From Sedimentisphaerales bacterium (GTDB lineage: Bacteria > Planctomycetota > Phycisphaerae > Sedimentisphaerales > SM23-30): a stretch of DNA of 36,493 nt. Position 1 is the stretch's first letter. The number at the start of each line of letters is the position of its first letter. Below the pieces are notes generated by a model that was not told where the DNA came from, did not search any database, and worked only from the letters and a program-made list of their open reading frames with translations. The stretch is taken from the NCBI GenBank assembly GCA_963663965.2, contig CAXXFK010000039.1:1-36493 (forward strand), given 5' to 3'. Shown piece by piece: positions 17,779 to 25,503 of this stretch. A program made the position numbers and the translations under genes.

Positions 17779-19013
17779 ATTGCGGTTGGGTCGCCACGCT
17801 CAGACAAGGTTTGGTCAATCACTGCCGGGGTGCGGTTAACTTTTTCATCAACAACGGTTTTGTTATTCCAGATTACTTTTACGGGTTGATCCAGATCCAT
17901 CATCGTGTCATTCAGACGAATCTTAAGTATTTCTACCAAATCCGCTTTTTCGATGGTAATGGTTTGGTCTTGGTAAAAAACCACGGCCTCGGCTCCTTTT
18001 TGTGCTTTGCCGGCCGGCACTGCCAGCCAGTAGAATCGATCATGCGTTACGTCGTCCTGTTTCCATACGACCTTTGTGGGAAATGGGTTACGGGTGAAGG
18101 TTGCCATCCACGGTACTGCCGCGGCATCGGTACGGTTCATCCAATGGCTCATTCCCGGTTGAATGTGTACTTCAAAACGATAACCATCCGGATCATTCTG
18201 GTGCAGGGCGGTCAGTTTTTCGCCCCATTCCTTAACGACTTCATTGCGTTTATAAGCACTGTCGTTTTCACCAACCCACAACGAAAAGCCAATATTGCGG
18301 ACACCCAGTGGTGACGAGTCGTTGGGGTGTCCTGCCATCATAGAGGCTGCGGCCCAGCGGTCCGCCATACGACCGGCCAGTTGATAAACACCATCACCAC
18401 CGGCTGAATAGCCCATGATATAAACCCGGTTGGGATTGACATTTCCCAGAACTATGGCATTTTCGATTAATCGATCAAAAAAATCATCGATATGATCTTT
18501 GTGCCACAGGTTCCAGTCATTAGTGGGGGCGCGAGGCGCGACGTAAATTCCTTCTTTGGGTTCATATAAACGAATCTGGTTGCGCCATTGCTGGTCATTC
18601 ACCTGAGCCGGTGCATTGCCTCCACCATGCATTGAAATATACAAGCTATGGCCATCTTCAGGGGCCTCTCCGTATATAATCGCTTCGTATTTCATTGTCA
18701 AATTATCGAGTTCCATTTTTTTGGCTGTCCATTCATCCCGCCGTGTTGCGATAATTCGTTTGATGTGGGCATCCCAGAGTAGCTTTTCAATTTCTTTTGC
18801 TTGTGCTTTTGTCAGTGCCTCAGTGGCGAAATCCTGATCAGGTAATGTCCCTCTTGATTCGGGAGGAAGCGCTAACCATTTTTGGATTTGCTGTACAGGT
18901 TGAGGCTGATTTTTAATTGACGCAGAGGGCACATCAGCGGATAGATTGCAGGAAATAATACCTATGACAGAAAATGTAATTATACCAAACCGATATAATG
19001 ATGAGTTTATCAT
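17742..19013 (-). CDS. Secreted alpha/beta hydrolase (esterase/peptidase-like)
   Basis: Signal peptide; SMHGGG oxyanion motif, nucleophile GYSAGG, VGEND (Asp), GMSHWM (His). Confidence 0.8.
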   Translation of the reverse strand: MINSSLYRFGIITFSVIGIISCNLSADVPSASIKNQPQPVQQIQKWLALPPESRGTLPDQDFATEALTKAQAKEIEKLLWDAHIKRIIATRRDEWTAKKMELDNLTMKYEAIIYGEAPEDGHSLYISMHGGGNAPAQVNDQQWRNQIRLYEPKEGIYVAPRAPTNDWNLWHKDHIDDFFDRLIENAIVLGNVNPNRVYIMGYSAGGDGVYQLAGRMADRWAAASMMAGHPNDSSPLGVRNIGFSLWVGENDSAYKRNEVVKEWGEKLTALHQNDPDGYRFEVHIQPGMSHWMNRTDAAAVPWMATFTRNPFPTKVVWKQDDVTHDRFYWLAVPAGKAQKGAEAVVFYQDQTITIEKADLVEILKIRLNDTMMDLDQPVKVIWNNKTVVDEKVNRTPAVIDQTLSERGDPTAIYSAELSITLAE

Positions 19014-19070
19014 ATCCGGGCCCTTTTCTTTGTTGTAACTATCTAAATCATCAAAAGTTTTAATGCAGTT

Positions 19071-19091
19071 TCATAACTATGATAGTTATGA
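19071..19091. promoter_or_regulatory. Perfect 21-bp palindrome, probable transcription-factor operator
   Basis: TCATAACTAT-G-ATAGTTATGA, about 60 nt upstream of the hydrolase start in the divergent hydrolase/ltaE region. Confidence 0.55.
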
Positions 19092-19329
19092 TGAAATGAA
19101 TGTCAATTATCAACTTCGATGTGGAATGAATAAAGTCTCAATATTACATAAGAAAGGTTAGGGGCTAAATATAATCCGATTATGAAATTAGATTGGTAAA
19201 TACTTGTCGGATTGAAAGAAAGAAATCCAATGTAGAAATGAATGGTGGTTAGGTTAAAAATAGGTGTACAAAATCCAATAGGGTGGCTAAGCTATAGCAG
19301 AAGGATATGGTTGACAGGAACAGGATTGA

Positions 19330-19354
19330 TAAGTAGTTATTAATAAAGGTATTA
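19330..19354. promoter_or_regulatory. 25-bp palindromic intergenic motif, copy 4
   Basis: TAA GTAG TTA TTAAT AAA GGTA TTA; abuts the ltaE start and lies just downstream of TTGACA (19311-19316). Confidence 0.45.
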
Positions 19355-20385
19355 TGATGAATATTGATTTACGTAGTGACACGGTGACCCAGCCGACGGA
19401 GGCGATGTTACAGGCGATGATGACAGCCGAACTGGGAGATGATGTATTGGGGGATGATCCAACCGTAAATGCCCTGGAGGCGCGGGTAGCCACCTTGCTG
19501 GGTAAGGAAGCCGCGGTTTATATGCCATCGGGAACGATGACCAACCAGGTAGGGATACGGGTACATACCGAACCGGGGGATGAGATTGTGCTGGCGGATA
19601 ACGCGCATGTCTATTTTTATGAGGCGGGAGCGCCTGCGGCTTTATCGGGGGTAATGCCACGATTACTAGCGGCGCCGCATGGGATATTTACTGGCGCGAC
19701 TCTCAGGGCGGCCCTGCGTCCGGCGAATTTGCACTTTCCACGAACTAAGCTGGTTTGTCTGGAAAATACTTCCAACCGGGGTGGGGGGGCGTGCTGGCCA
19801 ATATCAACGATTCGGGAGGTCTTGCAAGTGGCTCGTGAAGCAGGGCTTAAATTGCATCTGGATGGCGCGCGGCTGTGGAACGCGGCCGTGGCGACGGGAA
19901 TCTCCGAAAAAGAATATGCCGGCTATTTCGATACGGTGAGTGTGTGTTTTTCCAAGGGGCTGGGAGCACCAGTTGGATCGGCTTTAGCAGGAAGTTCGGC
20001 GGATATTGCCCGGGCTCGACGGTTCCGCAAGATGTTTGGCGGTGGGATGCGGCAGGCGGGCGTAATTGCGGCGGGGGCGCTGTACGCGGTTGAGCATCAC
20101 CGGGACCGGCTGGCGGATGACCATGCCAATGCCCGGCGGCTGGCTGAGGGACTGGCGGAGATACCGGGGATCGAGATCGATCCTGAGACGGTGGAGACGA
20201 ATATAGTGATCTTTAAAGTGACCACGATGCCGGCGGCTGCATTAGTTGAAAAGCTGGGAACTGACCAGATTCGGGTACTGGCTACCGGAGCCGATACGAT
20301 ACGGGCGGTGACGCATTTGCATATTAGCCGTGAGAATATTGAACAGGTAATCGAAATTTCGAAGAAGTTAGTAAAATCAGCTTAA
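19354..20385 (+). CDS. ltaE: Low-specificity L-threonine aldolase (PLP)
   Basis: [67 protein letters not shown]. Confidence 0.94.
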   Translation: MMNIDLRSDTVTQPTEAMLQAMMTAELGDDVLGDDPTVNALEARVATLLGKEAAVYMPSGTMTNQVGIRVHTEPGDEIVLADNAHVYFYEAGAPAALSGVMPRLLAAPHGIFTGATLRAALRPANLHFPRTKLVCLENTSNRGGGACWPISTIREVLQVAREAGLKLHLDGARLWNAAVATGISEKEYAGYFDTVSVCFSKGLGAPVGSALAGSSADIARARRFRKMFGGGMRQAGVIAAGALYAVEHHRDRLADDHANARRLAEGLAEIPGIEIDPETVETNIVIFKVTTMPAAALVEKLGTDQIRVLATGADTIRAVTHLHISRENIEQVIEISKKLVKSA

Positions 20386-20408
20386 TTGGGCTGTATAAAA
20401 GGATTTTC

Positions 20409-21461
20409 ATGGCACGTGAACGAATCATAGATGCGGAATCGAAGGGGCATGAAGAAGAGCGGTTTGATCTGGCGTTGCGGCCTCAGACGATCGATGAGTG
20501 TATCGGTCAGGAGAAGCTGCTGGAGAAGATCACCATTGCGCTGACGGCGGCTCGGCAGCGGGGTGAGCCGATGGAGCATACGCTGGTTTATGGTCCGCCC
20601 GGACTGGGCAAGACGACAATCGCGCATGTGATCGCCAACGAAATGCAGGCCAACTTGAAGACGAGTTCCGGCCCGGCGCTGACGCGGCCGGGTGACTTGA
20701 TGGGGATCCTGACCAATCTGCAAAAAGGCGATGTGCTGTTTATTGATGAGATCCATCGTCTGCCGGCGATAGTAGAAGAATTTATTTATCCGGCGATGGA
20801 AGATTTCAGGGTGGATTTTACCGTAGACAGCGGCATGCACGCCAAAACGATCAATATTCCCTTGCAGCCCTTTACCCTGATCGGCGCGACGACCCGGGTG
20901 GGTTTGATTACATCCCCGTTGCGCGCCCGGTTTGGTATTCAGCATCATATGGAATTCTGGTCAGAAGCCAATTTGAAAAAATGCCTGATTCGCTCGGCCC
21001 AGAAACTCAAGGTGCCCGCTGATGATGACGCGCTGACCCTGATCAGCCATTGCAGCCGGGGCACACCACGTATTGCCAACCGGTTATTGCGTCGGGTGAG
21101 GGATTATGGCCAGGTTCATGGCGATGGCGCGATTCACCTGGATACGGCCCAGTCGGCGCTGAAGATCGAGGAGATTGATCCGCTGGGGCTGGATAATCTG
21201 GACCGGTCTTTTATGCGCGCGTTGATCACGGTATATAATGGGGGGCCGGCGGGCATAGAAGCACTGTCAGCGACCCTGGGTGAGGAACGTGATACATTGG
21301 AGGATGTGGTGGAGCCTTACTTGCTGCAGATTGGTTTTATTGCCCGTACCCGACAGGGGCGCATGGCAACAGACGCGGCTTATCGCCATCTGAATATAAA
21401 GCCGCAGCCCAGACAGAAAGTAGAAGCGGTTGCAGAGGAAGAAGACGATTTGCTGTTTTGA
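20409..21461 (+). CDS. ruvB: Holliday junction branch-migration helicase RuvB
   Basis: LRP...E.IGQ, GPPGLGKTT, LFIDEIHRL, FTLIGATTR, RGTPRIANRLLRRVRD, EPYLLQIGFI.RT.QGR. Confidence 0.97.
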   Translation: MARERIIDAESKGHEEERFDLALRPQTIDECIGQEKLLEKITIALTAARQRGEPMEHTLVYGPPGLGKTTIAHVIANEMQANLKTSSGPALTRPGDLMGILTNLQKGDVLFIDEIHRLPAIVEEFIYPAMEDFRVDFTVDSGMHAKTINIPLQPFTLIGATTRVGLITSPLRARFGIQHHMEFWSEANLKKCLIRSAQKLKVPADDDALTLISHCSRGTPRIANRLLRRVRDYGQVHGDGAIHLDTAQSALKIEEIDPLGLDNLDRSFMRALITVYNGGPAGIEALSATLGEERDTLEDVVEPYLLQIGFIARTRQGRMATDAAYRHLNIKPQPRQKVEAVAEEEDDLLF

Positions 21462-21463
21462 TC

Positions 21464-21587
21464 TTAAGGGAACCTCTAAAAATACATTTTGGGCTACAAG
21501 CGGTCTGATTTTAATATTTTTTTATTAACCTATTATTATTTAACAGGTTAAGATCACCTTTGTCAGTTTTTTTATTCGGGGCCATCC
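21464..21587. mobile_element. Possible IS5-family terminal-repeat remnant or degenerate MITE
   Basis: TTAA-GGGAACCTCTAAAAAT directly after the ruvB stop resembles, from memory, IS5-subgroup ends. Only a poor partner (TTTTTATTCGGGGCCATCC) lies about 100 nt downstream. No transposase. Confidence 0.3.
21526..21550. promoter_or_regulatory. 25-bp palindromic intergenic motif, copy 5
   Basis: TAA CCTA TTA TTATT TAA CAGG TTA. Confidence 0.5.
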
Positions 21588-21608
21588 AAGTAAATCGTAA
21601 TATTTGTC

Positions 21609-21638
21609 TTGTGATCAGAGTTAAGATAGGGTTATAAT
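21609..21638 (+). promoter_or_regulatory. Candidate sigma70 promoter of the GH2 cluster
   Basis: TTGTGA-N18-TATAAT, about 75 nt upstream of ATG 21715. Confidence 0.4.
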
Positions 21639-21714
21639 ATATCAACACTTGAGATATATCTGGGCTTCTTATTTTCCTGCAATCAAGCATATTTACTATA
21701 CAAGGATCCTGAAA

Positions 21715-24700
21715 ATGGCAGCCAGTCGTTTCCATGTCATTGCTATTGCCCTGCTGATATTGACGATATACGGATTGAACAATGTTTATGCGGTGACGAT
21801 TTTCGAATGTTTCGATAGTGATCCGGCAGATCGAAACTGGCAGAGTCAATCCAGCGATAACACCCGATTGGTCTATAACAGTCAGGGGTATCTGGATGCA
21901 TCCGTTTGCCGGGAGGCCGGGCAGAAAGTGGGTTATTCCTACTTACTACAAACACCGATCGAGCTGACGGATGAGTTCTGGTTTGAAATGGATTGTCAAT
22001 TATCCAATGGTCAGACTGACTCCTGGGGACGGGCATTGTTTGGGGTATTTAATGCCTCAGCGGACCATGCCGAGTTTGTCGGTTGCCGGTTTGCATCGCC
22101 CCAGGTTAACAATCGCTACGATCTCTGGCGTCAGGTATCCGATGGCAGTTATCAATATTTTAACGGTCCTGCTCCCATACCGGATCACGCGCTGATTCGA
22201 GTTAAAGGGCATTACTGGAAAAATAACAATAATGGTTACGCGCAAATTGAAGTTGTAGATATTGTCAGTGGGGTGGTTTATGGTTCCACCGGTCCCCAAG
22301 TCGTCTATGATGCTACCGCGGGTGTTGTCTTTAACCAATTTGGCTTGTGCAATCGTACCGATGGCGGACTGACCAGTCCAACTGTGTTCAAGGTCGATAA
22401 TCTTTATTTTTCCACTGAAGGCCCCAATACCAACACCCGGATCCCCTCTTTTTATGATCCCTGGCAGGGTAAGCTGACACTGAGTGATGTTTTTGCGGTG
22501 GCCAGGGCAGATTCATTAACGGTACAAACCCGGCTAAAAAATGAGTCCAGTCAACCACTGACCGCTACTATCCGATATCGGGTTTATGAAAACGAATCAC
22601 TCGATCACGCCCCATTCCTGGAGATCATCGAAGGGCCGCTGACCGTTCCCGCCGGTGGGGAGCAGGTTTTTGAATCGCATCGTAATCAATTGCAGCCTGA
22701 ACTCTGGTCGCCCGAAACTCCCAATTTATATTTGCTGACAACTGAGATCCTCGATACCAGCATGAACCAGGTTATCAGTCATGATACAGCGATCGGGTTT
22801 CGCACGTTCGAAGTTGCCGGAAAACATTTTCATTTAAATGGCAAGCCCATTTACTTATTTTCTTTTCACCGTATGCCTCCGGGGCGTATTCCATCCGCCG
22901 TGCATGAAGATTCGGCCTTTATCGCCCAGCATATCGCCCGGTTAAAAGCGTTGAATGTCAATTTTGTCCGTTTAAACGAAGGGGCATCCCCGGCATGGTT
23001 TGAGGCTTGTGACCGGGCCGGGATTATGGTCATGGCGGGTTGTTATTCGGGCGCCGGGCGAACCGATCCAAGCCTGTGGCAAAGCAATCTGGAGCGGCTT
23101 CAGGCAGAAATACCCCGGGTGCGCAACCATGCTTCGGTGTGTATGTGGATATTGGGTAATGAATGGAATTTTGGGATCAGCGGCATGCGGCAGGCGGCGG
23201 AAGATTTGTATCATGCGACACTGGAACTGGACAGTTCGCGCCCAATGTTCAATACCTGGACGGCCAAATATTACAACGGCGGCGATTTAATAGCCGGTAC
23301 CGGTTCGGATTTTCTTGATTATCATACCTATACCGGCTGGTATGGCGGTTCAGTTTACGATTTGTATAAATATCATATTGACGAAGATTTTCCCGTGACG
23401 ATCAGTGAATGCGTGGGGGCTTATACCGCGCTGGATCCGTATGATATGAGTTTTGCGGCGCAGGATAACAAGATATTTGACAAATACCTGGCCAACCTGT
23501 TACGGAATGTCGGGCACAGTTATGATCTGTCGAATGACAGCCTTAGCTACCAAACGTATCTGACACGTGAACTGGTGGAGATGTGCCGGCGTTTTCGCAG
23601 TCCGGACAGTTCGATGTGCGGCGCGATGCCGTTTACCAATGGCTACGCGTATCATTGCTATTACGATAGCAAAGACATAACCGAGATTGCCAAACCGGTG
23701 ATGGATTCGCTGGGGCAGGCGTATCGACCGGTTCATATCAGTATCCGAATTCCCTATCCCAACTTATATGCCGGGGACAGTACCACGGTTCGTTTTTTCG
23801 TGCTGAACGATGACCGGATAAACTATAATCCGCTATTGCCCGCTTCCATGCTTGAATTGGATCTGATCGATCCGCTGGGAAAGGTCGTGTGGCATACCAG
23901 CAATTCCGTTCCCGATGTTCCTTATTATTCCAGTTGGGATTCTAATATCCCGATTAATGTCCCGGCGTCCGGGATAGCCGGCGATTATGAGATACTGGCT
24001 CGTTTAGTTAAGAATGGTCAGGAGATTGTCAGGAGCTCATCTGAACTCACCGTGGCCCGGCCTGGTTGGGCGGTTGTACGCTCGTTGTCTTATGGGGCAG
24101 TGGCGTTGTATGATCCAGCCAATACGACGCGTGATGAATTGCAGGCGCTTGGATTGAAATTTCAGTTGATTTCGAACTTCAATAATCTCAGTGGTTATCA
24201 ATACCTGATTATTGGTAAAAATGGATTTGACGGATCCGTATCCGCTGCTGAAGCAACCTTGGCGTCTTTTATTGACGGAGGGCACCGGATTCTAGTGCTT
24301 GAACAGGAAAGTTCAAGTGCGGAAACTGCCTTTGATAACGCCGGCTGGCTGGGCACTCATCTGACGCTTTCGGGTGCGGATAAGGGTGAGGATTTTGTTA
24401 ATATGGAGCGGCCCTGGCTGGTCAACCTGATGGATGGCCTGGAGCGGGGGGATTTTCGGATCTGGAACCGTCATTCATCCGCCATGCCCCAGGACCGGGC
24501 TCTTTTCAGCCGGTATTATGAACTTGAGTATGCTGACCTGGATAGCGTGGCGGTGTTAGCCAACGCCGGTCATCATTTGTATAAAGCGATTCTGGTCGAA
24601 ATTTTCTCTCAGACCGGAACCGGCGGAAGTTGTTTATGCAGTCAGCTCCGGACGATCGACCGTTACAAGACCGATCCCAAAGCGGATAAATATCTGGCCA

Positions 24701-25395
24701 ATCTGCTGGACTATTTTCTTGAATCGGACAGGCATTACCATTCTGTCCAGGTCGGTCATCGGATAGATTTCGGTGACTTTGCCTCCGAGAAAGGGCTGAT
24801 TTTTGCCCCCATGCTCCAGGGGATGGCGGTGGCTTATCATGGCGGCCCATTTTATCTACCGGGCAATGGCCGGGATTTCCGCGGGCAGATGAAGATTGAA
24901 AATTCACTGGGATATCTGGAAGAAGATAATCCGGCCGACATGGAACGTTGTCCGATGTATCTGAGATGCGAACAGAATCTGGGGTGTGTGCCGGTGGTCG
25001 TGGAGGTCGAAAATGCTTACAGCAGTCCGCTGGGATTTCGGATCATCGTTAATGACTGGTCTTCCGAAAGGCAGACTATTCAGCCTGGGGTAAGAACTCA
25101 ACTGGCTTTCGAACTGCCCGCGTTGATCCCTGCCGGCACGCCCATAAAATTGCAAATCGAAGCGGATGAAGGTGAACATTATCACGGCGGCAGCCGGGGG
25201 CTGATTTTTCACAATATTCAATTGCATCATTCGCCCGGCGATTTGAATGGTGATGAACGTGTGGACCGGAACGATCTGGTTTGCCTGCTGGACCGCTGGC
25301 TGGCAACCGGGTTGTGTCTGGATGACTATGACGGAGATAACAAAATAAACCTGAACGATTATCGGATTCTCGCTAAAAACTGGCAGCTTTGGTGA
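21715..25395 (+). CDS. Secreted multidomain glycoside hydrolase family 2 with N-terminal lectin-like domain and C-terminal dockerin-like domain
   Basis: Signal peptide from ATG 21715 (AAGGA RBS). LWSPETPNLY, IGFRTFEV.G..F.LNGKPIYL, CDRAGIMV, RNHASVCMWILGNE (acid/base Glu), VTISEC (nucleophile). C-terminal GDLNGDERVD.ND...DYDGDNKINLND. Confidence 0.88.
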   Translation: MAASRFHVIAIALLILTIYGLNNVYAVTIFECFDSDPADRNWQSQSSDNTRLVYNSQGYLDASVCREAGQKVGYSYLLQTPIELTDEFWFEMDCQLSNGQTDSWGRALFGVFNASADHAEFVGCRFASPQVNNRYDLWRQVSDGSYQYFNGPAPIPDHALIRVKGHYWKNNNNGYAQIEVVDIVSGVVYGSTGPQVVYDATAGVVFNQFGLCNRTDGGLTSPTVFKVDNLYFSTEGPNTNTRIPSFYDPWQGKLTLSDVFAVARADSLTVQTRLKNESSQPLTATIRYRVYENESLDHAPFLEIIEGPLTVPAGGEQVFESHRNQLQPELWSPETPNLYLLTTEILDTSMNQVISHDTAIGFRTFEVAGKHFHLNGKPIYLFSFHRMPPGRIPSAVHEDSAFIAQHIARLKALNVNFVRLNEGASPAWFEACDRAGIMVMAGCYSGAGRTDPSLWQSNLERLQAEIPRVRNHASVCMWILGNEWNFGISGMRQAAEDLYHATLELDSSRPMFNTWTAKYYNGGDLIAGTGSDFLDYHTYTGWYGGSVYDLYKYHIDEDFPVTISECVGAYTALDPYDMSFAAQDNKIFDKYLANLLRNVGHSYDLSNDSLSYQTYLTRELVEMCRRFRSPDSSMCGAMPFTNGYAYHCYYDSKDITEIAKPVMDSLGQAYRPVHISIRIPYPNLYAGDSTTVRFFVLNDDRINYNPLLPASMLELDLIDPLGKVVWHTSNSVPDVPYYSSWDSNIPINVPASGIAGDYEILARLVKNGQEIVRSSSELTVARPGWAVVRSLSYGAVALYDPANTTRDELQALGLKFQLISNFNNLSGYQYLIIGKNGFDGSVSAAEATLASFIDGGHRILVLEQESSSAETAFDNAGWLGTHLTLSGADKGEDFVNMERPWLVNLMDGLERGDFRIWNRHSSAMPQDRALFSRYYELEYADLDSVAVLANAGHHLYKAILVEIFSQTGTGGSCLCSQLRTIDRYKTDPKADKYLANLLDYFLESDRHYHSVQVGHRIDFGDFASEKGLIFAPMLQGMAVAYHGGPFYLPGNGRDFRGQMKIENSLGYLEEDNPADMERCPMYLRCEQNLGCVPVVVEVENAYSSPLGFRIIVNDWSSERQTIQPGVRTQLAFELPALIPAGTPIKLQIEADEGEHYHGGSRGLIFHNIQLHHSPGDLNGDERVDRNDLVCLLDRWLATGLCLDDYDGDNKINLNDYRILAKNWQLW

Positions 25396-25503
25396 TAATC
25401 CGTTCAGCTGGAACGGAAAGATAAAATCGCGTAATAGCCGAGGCAGGGAATTTCTTGCTTTGGTATCGATATTATTCTGGTCTCTTTTATAAAGGAGCTT
25501 GTT

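Noticed and set aside
20409..21461. ruvB without adjacent ruvA/ruvC as an unusual feature
   Set aside because: Split ruv loci are common; the gene is intact and the partners can lie elsewhere in the genome.
21511..21849. 112-aa minus-strand ORF as a possible transposase fragment
   Set aside because: No DDE-like motifs; it overlaps the GH2 signal-peptide region and runs into AT-rich intergenic DNA.
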